A stretch of DNA of 64,000 bases. Origin: a bacterium. GTDB lineage: Bacteria; Electryoneota; Electryoneia; Electryoneales; Electryoneaceae. Positions within the stretch are counted from its first letter, which is position 1, and every line of letters begins with the position of its first letter. Positions 19,678 through 30,797 of this stretch are shown piece after piece. The notes beneath the pieces are model-generated. The model saw nothing but the letters and a program-made list of their open reading frames with translations. It ran no database searches and was not told where the DNA came from. The translations under genes and the position numbers were made by a program. The stretch covers positions 2,368,001 through 2,432,000 of the forward strand of contig OY769902.1 of the NCBI GenBank assembly GCA_963669175.1, read 5' to 3'.

Positions 19678-20907
19678 ATGACTCGTTACAGCGTAAAGAT
19701 CTTTTCAGCCGCCCTTTTGGCGGCTTTTGTTCTCGTTTTTCAAGTGAATGCCCAGACTTTCGATCTTGCAATTCCCGGCGCGCGCACCCTTGGCATGGGG
19801 GGGGTGAATACGGCAACGGTCAATGATCTTTCCGCGCAGTTCTGGAACCCTGCCGGATTGCTGGACATTGAACACTTCCAGCTTACCTATTCATCACGGT
19901 GGATTGATGAGGGGCAGGATCTCCCGGATGGACAAAGCTCACAAGACAATTTTGAAGGGCATCACGCTTCCGGTCTGATCGGCTTTGCCTGGCCGTTTGA
20001 ACAGGTTGACCGGCGTATGAGTGTCGCTGTCGGGTATTATCGTCCTATTGAGTTGACAACACGTTATAAAAATCACCCGGTTGATGGAGGCGTGGGCGCT
20101 TTCATGGCTTCCTATGCCTGTCAGGTCACTCCCAGTGTCAAAGTTGGGCTGACCCCGGCATATTGGACAGGACAACGCGATTTTAATTCCTATGTGCAAT
20201 CCTACCAGTTTGTCTGGGATACGGACTACAGCGGATTCAACGCCACGCTGGGCGTGAAAGCGGATTTCCGTGAGATGAATCAACCACTCCCGCTCGAAGC
20301 CGGCCTGACAATACGTACGCCATTCGATCTGGACCTCACATACTCCGATCACACGGCCGGGTTGGGCATCGACTCATCATCCGCATTTGACTTTACCGTA
20401 GAAATGCCCTGGATGGTAGCGTTGGGAGTAGTTTACCATTACAGCCATGACTGGATTTTCAGCCTTGACTATGAGGCGCGTTTGTACGGTGACAGTAAAA
20501 TCATCGAAACCAGCGATTTGTACGGGAAACGTACGTATGATCTGAGTGGGGCTGAGAAAAACCTGCATATCATCCGGGCGGGGACAGAATACCGGTGGCG
20601 TTTCTGGAAAAATACGTATCCGTTGCGTTTTGGTATCCGCAATGTGCCAACATTGCTGGCGAACCGGTACGCGGATAACGATGTCTCTCAGGTGGATGGG
20701 GTGGCTGTTGGTCTGGGGGCAGGGGTGGAGCGTTCATTGTTCCGGATTGATGTCGGGTATGAATTCAAGCATTATTCAAAAACTTCCGCAGTGTCTACAA
20801 CCAATGGTACCAAAGAAGTTGATTCAGGCTATTCCTTCAGCACATTCATGTTCGAAGCAACCTTCTTCCTGGGGAAGACCTGGAAGTCAGCAGGTGATAA
20901 GCAGTAA
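19678..20907 (+). CDS. OmpP1/FadL (PorV/PorQ-like) outer-membrane beta-barrel
   Basis: Signal peptide, GARTLGMGG...A.FWNPAGL motif and alternating beta-strands. Confidence 0.75.
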   Translation: MTRYSVKIFSAALLAAFVLVFQVNAQTFDLAIPGARTLGMGGVNTATVNDLSAQFWNPAGLLDIEHFQLTYSSRWIDEGQDLPDGQSSQDNFEGHHASGLIGFAWPFEQVDRRMSVAVGYYRPIELTTRYKNHPVDGGVGAFMASYACQVTPSVKVGLTPAYWTGQRDFNSYVQSYQFVWDTDYSGFNATLGVKADFREMNQPLPLEAGLTIRTPFDLDLTYSDHTAGLGIDSSSAFDFTVEMPWMVALGVVYHYSHDWIFSLDYEARLYGDSKIIETSDLYGKRTYDLSGAEKNLHIIRAGTEYRWRFWKNTYPLRFGIRNVPTLLANRYADNDVSQVDGVAVGLGAGVERSLFRIDVGYEFKHYSKTSAVSTTNGTKEVDSGYSFSTFMFEATFFLGKTWKSAGDKQ

Positions 20908-21106
20908 GGGACTGACCGTGCGAAAACCACTGTGTGTTACCAGTAGTATGGTTTTTGTTCTGTATAAGAAGATTGTTCTATCTGGTTTCCTTTTATCTCG
21001 GTCATAACTCTTATGCAACCCGCTTCGGGGTTGAAAAGAATTCTCTCCCTTTCCCAGGGTGCGGGCTAACCCGAATATTTCACCAATGCAATGTCAAATG
21101 TGGTAT

Positions 21107-21196
21107 TTGATGGAACGGCCAGTACAAGAACCACGGCAGTGGTTCTCTGTATTAGCCCACCGTCCAGCGCCGTCTGTTTGGCGCTCACGGTGGGAA
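21107..21196. repeat. 90-bp palindromic element identical to 26113-26202
   Basis: Exact match TTGATGGAACGG...CACGGTGGGAA. Similarity extends over roughly 21066-21240 versus 26072-26245. Confidence 0.9.
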
Positions 21197-21482
21197 AAGA
21201 ATGACTTCCTCATTATCAACCCGGCAGCGGGTTGCCCAATGTATGTGATGATGAGTCAGGGCAAACAGAGTCTTGAGATATACTGAGGTGCTTGCTGTAA
21301 AATACTGATAATAAAGATGTTAATGAAGCAAACCGCCTTTCAGTTATAAAATCTCCGGGTTTGGGCTCCATTTGAAAGAAAAATGTTGTTCCCTGATGAA
21401 TTGTCTCTTGAGTAGTGAACAAATGTATGCTATTATTGTAAGGGATCAGAACGATAGCGAGGTTTTCAGTCTGGGGGGATGT

Positions 21483-22277
21483 ATGAGTATTGAGATTGTA
21501 AACCTGGATGACAGCAACCGTGAATTGTTCTCGATCTGTCTTGAGGATTGGTCGGATATCGCACGTGAGGCCGGTAGTCGACGCGCTGACTGGGTAAGAA
21601 AAATGCAGGAAAAAGGGCTGCGGGCCAAGCTCGCACGAAATGACGAAGGTCAGTATATCGGGATGATTCAGTACCTTCCGATTGAACAGTCCATCATAGC
21701 AGGTGAAGGGCTTTACTTCATCCCCTGCATCTGGGTGCATGGGTATAAGCAGGGCGTGGGCAATCAGCAGAAAAAGGGCGTGGGGAAGGCTCTGCTTGCT
21801 GCGGCGGAAGAAGATGTTCGAAGCCTTGATGCACAGGGGATGGCAGCCTGGGGATTGATCCTGCCGTTCTGGATGAAAGCCGCCTGGTATCGTAAACAGG
21901 GATTTCGAAAAGCGGACAGGGATGGAATATCACAACTGGTTTGGAAGCCATTTACCGAAGAAGCTCAAGCGCCTCGATGGGCTGGTAAAGGGAAGTACAG
22001 GCATGAACCGGTAGCGGGCAAGGTATGCGTGACTGCATTCTGTAACGGATCGTGTATGGCGTGTAACCTGACCACGGAACGAGCCAAACGTGCTGCTGCG
22101 GAATTCGGCGATAAAGTGGTATACCGTGAAATTGATACCAGTAATTCCCGGGCTGTCCGGAAATGGTGCGAAACAGATGCTGTTTATATCGACGGCAAAC
22201 CGGCTCAAACAGGACAACCACCCAGTTATGAAAAGATATTTAAGAAAATCGAAAAACGTGTGCGAAAACTGCGTTGA
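21483..22277 (+). CDS. GNAT N-acetyltransferase with C-terminal thioredoxin-like (YoaP-like) domain
   Basis: GMIQYLPIE, CIWVHGY...QKKGVGKALLAAAE, WYRKQGF. C-terminal VTAFCNGSCMAC. RBS GGGGG before ATG 21483. Confidence 0.8.
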   Translation: MSIEIVNLDDSNRELFSICLEDWSDIAREAGSRRADWVRKMQEKGLRAKLARNDEGQYIGMIQYLPIEQSIIAGEGLYFIPCIWVHGYKQGVGNQQKKGVGKALLAAAEEDVRSLDAQGMAAWGLILPFWMKAAWYRKQGFRKADRDGISQLVWKPFTEEAQAPRWAGKGKYRHEPVAGKVCVTAFCNGSCMACNLTTERAKRAAAEFGDKVVYREIDTSNSRAVRKWCETDAVYIDGKPAQTGQPPSYEKIFKKIEKRVRKLR

Positions 22278-22480
22278 AGAACGAATGCAGATCATCCATA
22301 AACAGGTAAATTCATATTCCTGGCAGGTTTTGGGAGTCAGAATTCTCTCGTAACCTGTTGCTATATTTGTCTCCACTCCCGTCTCTTCGTGGTTCCATAA
22401 GCGCATGGAAACATGTATCTTTCTTGCTTGTAACAAAGTAAACAAACGACTCATTCATCCTTAAACGTAGTGGTAAGACA

Positions 22481-23776
22481 GTGAAGATTTTAGAGAAGAC
22501 CCAGGAAGGCGCGGTCGTTAAGGCACGCGTAGAGATGACAGACGAAGAGCTACAGCCTTACTTCGAAAAGGCGTACAAGAAAACTCAGAAGAATATCGAG
22601 TTGCCCGGATTCCGTAAGGGTAAGGTACCGCTTTCCATGATCATCAAGCGGTTTGGTCCGGCAGTGCGTGCTGAGGCGCTGGAAGACATTATTACCGAAG
22701 TATATCCGAAGATCGTGGATGAGAGCGGCGAAAAGCCGATCGCTCCCGGCGATGTTGAAGAACCGGATTATCAGGATGGCGAGTACCTGCGTTTTACCGC
22801 GATCATGGAAATCAAGCCGGAATTCGAGCTGGTTGACTGGAAAGCCCTCGAAGTCAAGATGGAAGTGGCTGATGTCACGGATGACGATATCAACACTCAC
22901 CTGGACTACATGCGCAAGGACAAGGCGATTGTTTCTGAAGCCCAGGACGATCAGGGGGCGGATGGTGTTGACCGCTTGACCGTCAACTTGCAGCAGCTTG
23001 ATGAAAACGGTGTTGAAGTCATCGGCAAGAGCTTCAAGGACATCACCTTTGAGTTTGGCACGGATTACCTCGGCCCGAATACCGACGAGCAGCTCAAGGG
23101 CATCAAGAAGGAAGAGACCCGCAAGATCATGACCGAGCGTCATATTCATCCCGAAGAGGGTGAGCATGTAGACGAGAAATATGGCTGGGAAGTAACCCCG
23201 ACCAAGATCGAAAAGGTCGAACTGCCTGAACTCGACGATGATTTTGCCGTTCAAGTCGATGAGAAGTATGAGAGCATGGATGATCTGCGCGCCGCGGTTC
23301 GTAGCGACATCGAAGCCTATGCCAAGTACCATGTTGACCAGCGTATGGCGGATCGTATCCTGAATACGGTTGTCGATGCGCATGATTTCGCACTGCCGCC
23401 GACGCTTTTGGAAGAAACGCTGGGACGTATGCTGGAGCGTCAGAAGGAAGAATCCCAGAACATGATTCCTGAGGATACCCTTCGCGAAAATCTGAAGCCC
23501 TACGCAGAACGTCAGCTCAAGTGGTTCTTCCTAGAGCAGAAGCTGATCGAAGAGTTGAAGGTGGAAGCCACCGACGAAGACATCGAGAAGCACCTTGAGA
23601 TTCGTGCCGAGCAGGTAAAGGACACCGATCTTGAAAGCCTGAAGCTGATGTTCAAGGCTGGCGAACGTCGCGAAATGCTGGCCAACGAGATCGTCAAGGG
23701 CAAGCTGATGGACGAACTTCGCAACGGTATGAAGCTCGTCGAGGAAAAGGTTGCGCTGAAAGACGTGCTGCAATAA
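22481..23776 (+). CDS. tig: Trigger factor
   Basis: LPGFRKGKVP signature, ELPELDDDFA, and position upstream of clpP. Confidence 0.93.
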   Translation: MKILEKTQEGAVVKARVEMTDEELQPYFEKAYKKTQKNIELPGFRKGKVPLSMIIKRFGPAVRAEALEDIITEVYPKIVDESGEKPIAPGDVEEPDYQDGEYLRFTAIMEIKPEFELVDWKALEVKMEVADVTDDDINTHLDYMRKDKAIVSEAQDDQGADGVDRLTVNLQQLDENGVEVIGKSFKDITFEFGTDYLGPNTDEQLKGIKKEETRKIMTERHIHPEEGEHVDEKYGWEVTPTKIEKVELPELDDDFAVQVDEKYESMDDLRAAVRSDIEAYAKYHVDQRMADRILNTVVDAHDFALPPTLLEETLGRMLERQKEESQNMIPEDTLRENLKPYAERQLKWFFLEQKLIEELKVEATDEDIEKHLEIRAEQVKDTDLESLKLMFKAGERREMLANEIVKGKLMDELRNGMKLVEEKVALKDVLQ

Positions 23777-23811
23777 TTTCCAAAGATTGCTACCTTATTT
23801 AGATATGCAGT

Positions 23812-23894
23812 GAAGAGGGGACTGTTTCCTTTTCCCCTGTGTCGCCATTCATCATCTGACACATGGATGGGGAAAGGTGGTTGTCCCCTTCTTC
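23812..23894. repeat. REP-like inverted repeat (GGGACWG family)
   Basis: GAAGAGGGGACTGTTTCCTTTTCCCC...GGGGAAAGGTGGTTGTCCCCTTCTTC. Confidence 0.6.
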
Positions 23895-24081
23895 CTGTGT
23901 TTAACTTTGGTAGGTTGCATAAACAATGTCCCATGAAATAGAATAACTTCGAGATCCCCGTTCAAGCCGGGGATGACATGATGGGACATTTTTTTTGAGC
24001 AATACTATATATGTTGTGTAGAAAAGGGGATAGTTTCCTTTTCGTGGTGACTTTTAACCAAAACAACTTTTGGAGATAACG

Positions 24082-24678
24082 ATGAACCTGGTCCCGATGG
24101 TTGTCGAGCAGACGGGTCGTGGCGAACGTGCATTCGACATCTATTCCCGGTTATTGAAGGAACGTATCGTTTTTATCGGATCACCGATTGAGTACCATGT
24201 TGCCAATCTGGTAATCGCACAGCTTCTTTTCCTGGAAGCGGATGACCCGGAAAAGGATGTCAGTGTGTACATCAACAGCCCGGGCGGTGTGATTACCGAC
24301 GGTCTGGCGATTTATGATACCATGCAGTACATCAAGCCGCAGGTTCAGACCATTTGTGTTGGTATGGCGGCTTCCATGGCGGCAGTCCTTTTGGCAGCGG
24401 GCAGCCCCGGCAAGCGTGTTGCCCTGCCCAACAGCAAGATCATGATCCACCAGCCGCATGGCGGCATGCGTGGCACCGCGGCCGATATCGAGATTCATGC
24501 CAAGGAAATCCTGAAAGACCGTGAACGTCTCAGCGAAATCCTGGCCCATCACTCCGGCAGGGATCTGAAGCAGGTCCTGGAAGACAGCGATCGTGACAAT
24601 TTCATGACCTCTGAGCAGGCGCTTGAGTATGGTTTGATTGACAAGATTCAGAACATTGATCGCAAGATCAAGAAATAA
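24082..24678 (+). CDS. clpP: ATP-dependent Clp protease proteolytic subunit
   Basis: [33 protein letters not shown] (catalytic Ser), MIHQP, DRDNFM. Confidence 0.98.
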   Translation: MNLVPMVVEQTGRGERAFDIYSRLLKERIVFIGSPIEYHVANLVIAQLLFLEADDPEKDVSVYINSPGGVITDGLAIYDTMQYIKPQVQTICVGMAASMAAVLLAAGSPGKRVALPNSKIMIHQPHGGMRGTAADIEIHAKEILKDRERLSEILAHHSGRDLKQVLEDSDRDNFMTSEQALEYGLIDKIQNIDRKIKK

Positions 24679-24712
24679 CCGTCGCGGGTAACGTGAGGGA
24701 TATGGAGTATTG

Positions 24713-25978
24713 ATGAGCAGCAGTACGAGTAAAAGCGGCGATGGCGAAGGCAAGTCGCAGAGATGCAGTTTCTGCGGACGGACCTCCGACCAGGTACAGA
24801 TCATGATCAGCGGCCCGAATGTGATGATTTGTGATCATTGCATCAAGGCGGCCGACCAGATTATTCGCCAGAACCGTACCAAACAACGCAGTAAACCGCT
24901 TGAGCATTTTCCTACTCCGCAAGGGATCAAGAAGAAGCTCGATGAATACGTGATCGGCCAGGATCTCGCCAAGCGCAAGATATCTGTGGCGGTCTATAAC
25001 CATTACAAACGCATAAGCCGGATGCAGCTCGACGATGATGTTGAGCTGGAGAAGTCGAATATCCTGCTGGTGGGGCCGACCGGAACCGGGAAAACACTCA
25101 TCGCGCAGACACTGGCGAAGATGTTGCAGGTGCCGTTCGCTATCGCAGACGCGACAACCCTGACGGAAGCCGGGTATGTTGGCGAAGATGTGGAAAATGT
25201 ACTGGTACGTCTGCTCCAGGCTGCCGATTACGATACCGCCGCGGCGGAAATCGGCATTGTCTACATCGATGAGCTGGACAAGGTTGCACGCAAGTCTACC
25301 AATGTCTCCATCACTCGTGACGTCTCCGGCGAAGGTGTCCAGCAGGCATTGCTGAAAATGCTGGAAGGAACTATCGCGCAGGTTCCGCCGGAAGGTGGAC
25401 GCAAGCATCCGGAACAGAAGCTGATCAGCATCAATACGCGCAACATCCTCTTCATCTGCGGAGGCGCGTTTGAAGGGATAGAGAAGCTGGTCAAACGTCG
25501 TGTCGGTCAGAAAGCGATGGGCTTCGGCGCTGAGGTTAAGGGCATGTCGGAATACAAGATGTTCGACCTGCTGACCCAGCTTGAACCAAAAGACCTGCTC
25601 GAATTCGGTCTGATCCCTGAATTGATCGGACGTCTTCCCGTAGCGGCCCCGCTGGACGAATTGGGCGAAGATGCGCTGATGTCCATCCTTCAGGAACCGA
25701 AAAACGCGCTGATCAAGCAGTACAAACGCCTGTTCGATATGGAAGATGTCGAGCTGGAGATCGAAGAAGAGGCCATGCGTGAAGTGGTCAAGATCGCCCA
25801 GGCACGCAAGACCGGCGCACGTGCGCTGAGGTCCGTGATGGAAAACCTGATGCTCGATCCCATGTTCGAGATTCCCTCGAAGAAGGGCGTGAAGAAGGTG
25901 ACCATCACAAAAGACGTCGTGACCGGTGACGCCGAACTCAAGCTCGAGTACAAGAAAGCAGGGAAACAGGCTTCGTAA
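24713..25978 (+). CDS. clpX: Clp protease ATP-binding subunit ClpX
   Basis: Zinc finger CSFCG...[39 protein letters not shown] loop, TGARALRS. Confidence 0.98.
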   Translation: MSSSTSKSGDGEGKSQRCSFCGRTSDQVQIMISGPNVMICDHCIKAADQIIRQNRTKQRSKPLEHFPTPQGIKKKLDEYVIGQDLAKRKISVAVYNHYKRISRMQLDDDVELEKSNILLVGPTGTGKTLIAQTLAKMLQVPFAIADATTLTEAGYVGEDVENVLVRLLQAADYDTAAAEIGIVYIDELDKVARKSTNVSITRDVSGEGVQQALLKMLEGTIAQVPPEGGRKHPEQKLISINTRNILFICGGAFEGIEKLVKRRVGQKAMGFGAEVKGMSEYKMFDLLTQLEPKDLLEFGLIPELIGRLPVAAPLDELGEDALMSILQEPKNALIKQYKRLFDMEDVELEIEEEAMREVVKIAQARKTGARALRSVMENLMLDPMFEIPSKKGVKKVTITKDVVTGDAELKLEYKKAGKQAS

Positions 25979-26005
25979 GACAAAAGAGTAGTTGTAAGAA
26001 TAGTG

Positions 26006-26040
26006 AGGACTGGCCGGTATAGGTTAGTCCTTTTCTTTTC
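26006..26040 (+). terminator. Rho-independent terminator after clpX
   Basis: AGGACTGGCC...GGTTAGTCCT stem followed by TTTCTTTTC. Confidence 0.65.
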
Positions 26041-26112
26041 TTAAATCTTTCATCCTGACCATCCTTCTATCCTAACCCGAAGATTTCACCACTGGCAATT
26101 TCAATGTGATAC

Positions 26113-26385
26113 TTGATGGAACGGCCAGTACAAGAACCACGGCAGTGGTTCTCTGTATTAGCCCACCGTCCAGCGCCGTCTGTTTGGCGCTCACGGTGGG
26201 AATAGGATGTACGCTACTTGCCAACCCCGGCAGCGGGTTGCCTGAATATTTCCACTGTATACTTTTGATAATTATCAGGTTACTCCTTCCGGAGTAAATA
26301 TATGGTGCGCATTATCTCCCCGGGTAGCCGCCAAACTGACGGCGGCTGCCCGGGGCTAATACAGGTTGCCCCTGCCGGGGCGGTT
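26113..26385. repeat. REPIN-like doublet between clpX and lon
   Basis: First half is identical to 21107-21196. Second half is TACTCCTTCCGGAGTA...CCCCGGGTAGCCGCC-aaactgac-GGCGGCTGCCCGGGG, related to the 9425/10071 elements. Confidence 0.8.
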
Positions 26386-26702
26386 GCCGATACTCAGCCT
26401 CATCTTGCCAGCGAAACAGGGAATAGACACGCAAAGGGATACCGGAGCAAACTGTCCCCTGAAAAATGCTGTATGAATCAGTTGTAATGTGTTGATATGA
26501 AATGTGTTAAGATGATTATCCATGTTTCGTTCATGAAATATTCGGGCTAACATCCTGTGAGTCCGGTTTGGGAAGTCCCTTGCAAATTTCGGAGTTTGCA
26601 CGCACAAAACCGGGTTTCTCGAGCGCAAAACAGGGGTTGGACTGCGTGAAATGGGGTGTTACTTTCTTGAAACAGGAAGTTATACCCAAACGTGAGTGAT
26701 CC

Positions 26703-29081
26703 ATGTCCGACATAGAGATCGAAAAAAATGATGAGCTGCCGCAGATTCCTGAATCGTTACCGGTGTTTCCGGTACGTGACCAGGTGATCTTTCCCCATAT
26801 GATTTTCCCGTTGCTGGTGGGACGGGAAGGCACATTGCGCGCCATTGAGTCCGCCATGATGAAGGAACGTCTGCTCCTGCTCCTGGCCCAACGTGACCCG
26901 GTGCAGGATGAAGTCACCTTTGAAGACCTGTTCCATACCGGCGTGGTGGCGAAGATCGTGCAAGTGTTGAAGTTGCCGAACGGCCTGGTCAAGGTACTTG
27001 TCGAGGGGGTGGTGCGTGCAGTGGTGGATGAACCGGAGGAACGTGACGGTTTCCTCGAAGCCTATGTCCGTCCCATTCTCCCGGCTTCACGTGCGGATAC
27101 AAGGATAGAGGGAGCTAAACGGCATGCGGTATCGTTGTTCCGTGACTATGTACCGCTGAACCGTAGTATTCCCGATGAGTTGTTGTTCACGATAGACACC
27201 ATCAAAGAGCCACAAAGGCTGGCAGATTTTATCGCCGCACATTTGACGGTTACCTACGACAAGAAGCAACGCATTCTCGAAGCGGAAACAGCCGTTGACC
27301 AGTTCCTCGAAATCGCCGCGCAACTGGCGCATGAAATTGAAGTGCTGGAAGTTGAGAAGAGTATCGAGGGGCAGGTCCGCGAGAAGATCAGCCAATCCCA
27401 GCGCACTTATTTCCTGCAGGAACAGCTCCGTGCGATTAAAAAAGAGCTGGGCGAGGATGCGGAAGAGGATTGGGGCGATATTCTTGCCTATCAGCGTCGT
27501 CTCGATGAAGTTCGCCTGACCAAAGAAGCACGGGCCAAGGTGGAAGAGGAACTGGAGAAGCTCAAGGCCATGCCCATGCTTTCACCGGAAGCTACTGTTG
27601 TACGGAATTACCTGGACTGGATCCTGGCGCTGCCCTGGGCGAAAAAGACACGGGATCGCCATGACCTTGGCAGAGCCGCAGAAATCCTCGATGAGGATCA
27701 TTACGGCCTGAAGAAGCCAAAAGAGCGGATCATTGAGCATCTGGCCGTGCTGAAACTGGTTAAGAAGATGCGTGGCCCAATCATCTGTTTCGTTGGCCCT
27801 CCCGGGGTGGGGAAGACGTCACTGGGACGCAGTATCGCTCGCGCGTTGAACCGCAAGCTGGTGCGTGTCAGCCTGGGCGGTATCCGTGATGAGGCGGAGA
27901 TTCGCGGGCATCGACGCACCTATATCGGTAGCCAACCGGGACGTGTTATTCAGTCCATGAAGAAAGCCGGAGTATTGAACCCGGTGTTCTTGCTGGATGA
28001 AATAGACAAAATGGCAACAGACTTTCGTGGTGATCCGGCCTCGGCGTTGCTGGAAGTTCTCGACCCGGAACAGAACAAAACCTTCTCCGATCATTACCTG
28101 GAAGTGGAATACGACCTGAGCCAGGTCATGTTCATCACCACAGCCAACACGCGCCATGGCATCCCGATCCCGTTGCAGGATCGTATGGAGATCATCGAGC
28201 TGCCGGGCTACCTGTCTGAGGAGAAACTCCAGATCGCGCTTCAGTTCCTGATTCCCAAGCAGATGGAAGAGCATGGGCTGAAGGAGGATGACGTTCGCTT
28301 CACCAAGGACGGCATCAACACCATCATCGAAGACTACACTCGTGAAGCCGGGGTGCGTGAGCTGGAACGGGCTATCGCTAAGGTATGCCGTCGTGTTGCC
28401 AGGAAACTGGTTTCTTCGGACCAGCGGAAGAAGCAGGCGCAGGTTGTCGTGGGTGTGCGTGAGCTGAAAAGCCTGTTGGGGGTGCCGACACACCGTCGCA
28501 GCCCTCTCGATACAGAACCACGGATTGGAAGCGCTGTAGGATTGGCCTGGACGCCGGTTGGCGGTGATATCCTGAAGGTGCAGGTTAGGGTGATGCCGAC
28601 GGACAAGATGAAGCTGACCCTGACCGGGCATCTCGGCGAGGTGATGAAGGAATCTGCACAGGCCGGGCTCTCCCTGATTCGTAGCCAGGTGGATAACCTC
28701 AAGATCGATCCGGAGATTTTCCAGGATAAGGAATTCCATGTTCACGTTCCCGAAGGCGCGATTCCGAAGGATGGTCCCTCTGCCGGTGTAACCATGGCGA
28801 CTGCATTGTTGTCCGCATTGACCGATCGCCCTGTCCGTAATGATCTGGCCATGACCGGTGAAATCACGCTCCAGGGTGACGTGCTGCGTATCGGCGGTGT
28901 CAATGAGAAGGTGATGGCCGCACAGCGCGCCGGGGTGAAAACCATCCTGCTTCCTGAAGAGAATATTCCCGAATGGCAGGATCGTCCCAAGGGAGTCGGT
29001 AAAGGCCTGGAAGTGATCTTCGTGAAGCATATCAACGAAGTCTGGGAAAACGCTCTGGTCAAACCAAAAAAACGTAAATAG
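26703..29081 (+). CDS. lon: Lon protease
   Basis: N-terminal LON domain, [26 protein letters not shown] (catalytic Ser), TGEITL. Confidence 0.98.
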   Translation: MSDIEIEKNDELPQIPESLPVFPVRDQVIFPHMIFPLLVGREGTLRAIESAMMKERLLLLLAQRDPVQDEVTFEDLFHTGVVAKIVQVLKLPNGLVKVLVEGVVRAVVDEPEERDGFLEAYVRPILPASRADTRIEGAKRHAVSLFRDYVPLNRSIPDELLFTIDTIKEPQRLADFIAAHLTVTYDKKQRILEAETAVDQFLEIAAQLAHEIEVLEVEKSIEGQVREKISQSQRTYFLQEQLRAIKKELGEDAEEDWGDILAYQRRLDEVRLTKEARAKVEEELEKLKAMPMLSPEATVVRNYLDWILALPWAKKTRDRHDLGRAAEILDEDHYGLKKPKERIIEHLAVLKLVKKMRGPIICFVGPPGVGKTSLGRSIARALNRKLVRVSLGGIRDEAEIRGHRRTYIGSQPGRVIQSMKKAGVLNPVFLLDEIDKMATDFRGDPASALLEVLDPEQNKTFSDHYLEVEYDLSQVMFITTANTRHGIPIPLQDRMEIIELPGYLSEEKLQIALQFLIPKQMEEHGLKEDDVRFTKDGINTIIEDYTREAGVRELERAIAKVCRRVARKLVSSDQRKKQAQVVVGVRELKSLLGVPTHRRSPLDTEPRIGSAVGLAWTPVGGDILKVQVRVMPTDKMKLTLTGHLGEVMKESAQAGLSLIRSQVDNLKIDPEIFQDKEFHVHVPEGAIPKDGPSAGVTMATALLSALTDRPVRNDLAMTGEITLQGDVLRIGGVNEKVMAAQRAGVKTILLPEENIPEWQDRPKGVGKGLEVIFVKHINEVWENALVKPKKRK

Positions 29082-29122
29082 AAAATCTGTACCCTTGAAG
29101 AATCGACTGGAAGGTAGACAGT

Positions 29123-29716
29123 GTGAACTGGTTGAACGTAACGACCATTAAGAAGATGCAGCCCTCTTACAAGGGTACGCCACGACCTGCAATTGCGGTT
29201 GGCGGGCGTTCCAATGTGGGCAAATCCACCCTGATCAACACCCTGGTGGGACGAAAGATCGCGCCGACGTCCAAGAGCCCGGGGCGTACTCGAGGTGTCC
29301 ATCGTTACTTTATCAATGAGCAGTACGACCTGGTTGATCTGCCCGGCTACGGCTACGCCAAGGTGAGCGAGGATTTGCGCTTCAAATGGCGTGACATGGT
29401 TTCCGAGTTTCTTTCCGGCCACGGAAACCTGCGCTGTCTGATGACGCTGGTTGATATTCGCCGCGGCCTGGGGGAACTGGATATCGAGCTGGTGCAATGG
29501 GGCATAGAAGAAGGAGTTCGCTGTGCTGTTGTCCTGACCAAAGCTGATAAATTGCCCAGAGGTCAACGAAGCAAAGTGGAACAGCAAACGAAGAAAGCCC
29601 TTCCCGATGGCGTGAAATTATACACTGTCAGCGCCATGAAAGAGCCGCAGAACCTGAAGCTTATTTCCACGGACATGCTGAGCTGGTGGAAAGAAGACGC
29701 CTTCCGGTCGAAGTGA
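29123..29716 (+). CDS. engB: Ribosome-biogenesis GTPase EngB/YihA/YsxC
   Basis: [28 protein letters not shown]. Canonical position after lon. Confidence 0.93.
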   Translation: MNWLNVTTIKKMQPSYKGTPRPAIAVGGRSNVGKSTLINTLVGRKIAPTSKSPGRTRGVHRYFINEQYDLVDLPGYGYAKVSEDLRFKWRDMVSEFLSGHGNLRCLMTLVDIRRGLGELDIELVQWGIEEGVRCAVVLTKADKLPRGQRSKVEQQTKKALPDGVKLYTVSAMKEPQNLKLISTDMLSWWKEDAFRSK

Positions 29717-29766
29717 TGAGAATGCGCAGTAGCAAAGACCACCAACGGTGATCAGCAACCGCCTGC

Positions 29767-29967
29767 TCAGGTGAACCGTGCCGGAGCCGGGGCCGGGGTT
29801 GGACGTGAGTAACTACCCCCCTTGATACTCAACCCGGAGCCACCACCGATCATACGTTCCGATGTTGCGCCACATTCAGGACAAAACTTCTCGCTGTCAT
29901 CACTGATTCCGTGAAACAGGTCATATTTGTGACCGCATTCTTTGCAGCGATAAGTATATGTAGGCAT
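29767..29967 (-). CDS. FmdB-family zinc-ribbon protein
   Basis: MPTYTYRCKECGH...CPECG...GGGSG..KG.G.Y-like tail. Confidence 0.9.
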   Translation of the reverse strand: MPTYTYRCKECGHKYDLFHGISDDSEKFCPECGATSERMIGGGSGLSIKGGSYSRPTPAPAPARFT

Positions 29968-30086
29968 GGGAATCTCGTTTTTTCAGGTTATCAAAGTGTG
30001 GTCTATTCCGAAAGAAACAGTCCACCGGGATGACGTTTACATCATCAGATGCAGAAGAAAGGGATGTGTTGCTGGGGAGGAGCAGG

Positions 30087-30491
30087 TCAGACCTGGAATT
30101 TCTCCGGGAGCATGTCGTTGAGCGCCTGCATCAGCTTGTCGAAATGGAATGGCTTTTCCAGGAAAGCGTCCGGCGGAGAAATGCACTCTTCACCAAGTTC
30201 TACACGATGACGATGGGCATATCCGGTGACTACCATGACAGGCGTACTCGGCGATTTCTCTTTAATATGATTCAATAACTCAATGCCATTCATACGAGGC
30301 ATAAAAATATCCGTGATTACGCCATCCACAGCGCTTTCGTTCGCCTGAAAGAGTTCCCACCCTTCCTGACCGTCACGAGCCTGGATAACCGTAACACCAA
30401 ACAAGGACAGCCCCTCCGCGAAAAGTTCACGAAGATCGTCCTCGTCTTCAACGACCATGATAGTGGCGCTGTTGCTCACAGCCTCCAACAT
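30087..30491 (-). CDS. Single-domain response regulator
   Basis: VVEDEDD, ITDIFMPRMNG, VTGY, LEKPF. Confidence 0.92.
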   Translation of the reverse strand: MLEAVSNSATIMVVEDEDDLRELFAEGLSLFGVTVIQARDGQEGWELFQANESAVDGVITDIFMPRMNGIELLNHIKEKSPSTPVMVVTGYAHRHRVELGEECISPPDAFLEKPFHFDKLMQALNDMLPEKFQV

Positions 30492-30797
30492 CTCAACTCC
30501 TGGATCATTATTCCTTCGCAGGCCGCCAATATAGTAAGTCCTGCAACAAAGAACAACAAAAAAAAGACAAGCTTACACTGTGTAATATACAACAGGGCAT
30601 CAAGTTGAGCTACTGCTCAATAACATTGTATAGAAATAATGAGGCATCCAATGTGTCATTTATTTATCAATCGATATGCAAATATTGAAATGACTGATTT
30701 GGAATATTTTGGCTATTACGGTAGCATTCATGGAGAAATATAAAATATTGCGACTGATCTCAGGCTATTGGTAACTGGAGCCAGCTCCTGTAGCAGT

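Noticed and set aside
24002-24019. NrdR-box-like ATACTATATATGTTGTGT upstream of clpP
   Set aside because: It is a single imperfect copy with no ribonucleotide reductase gene nearby, so it is likely AT-rich promoter DNA.
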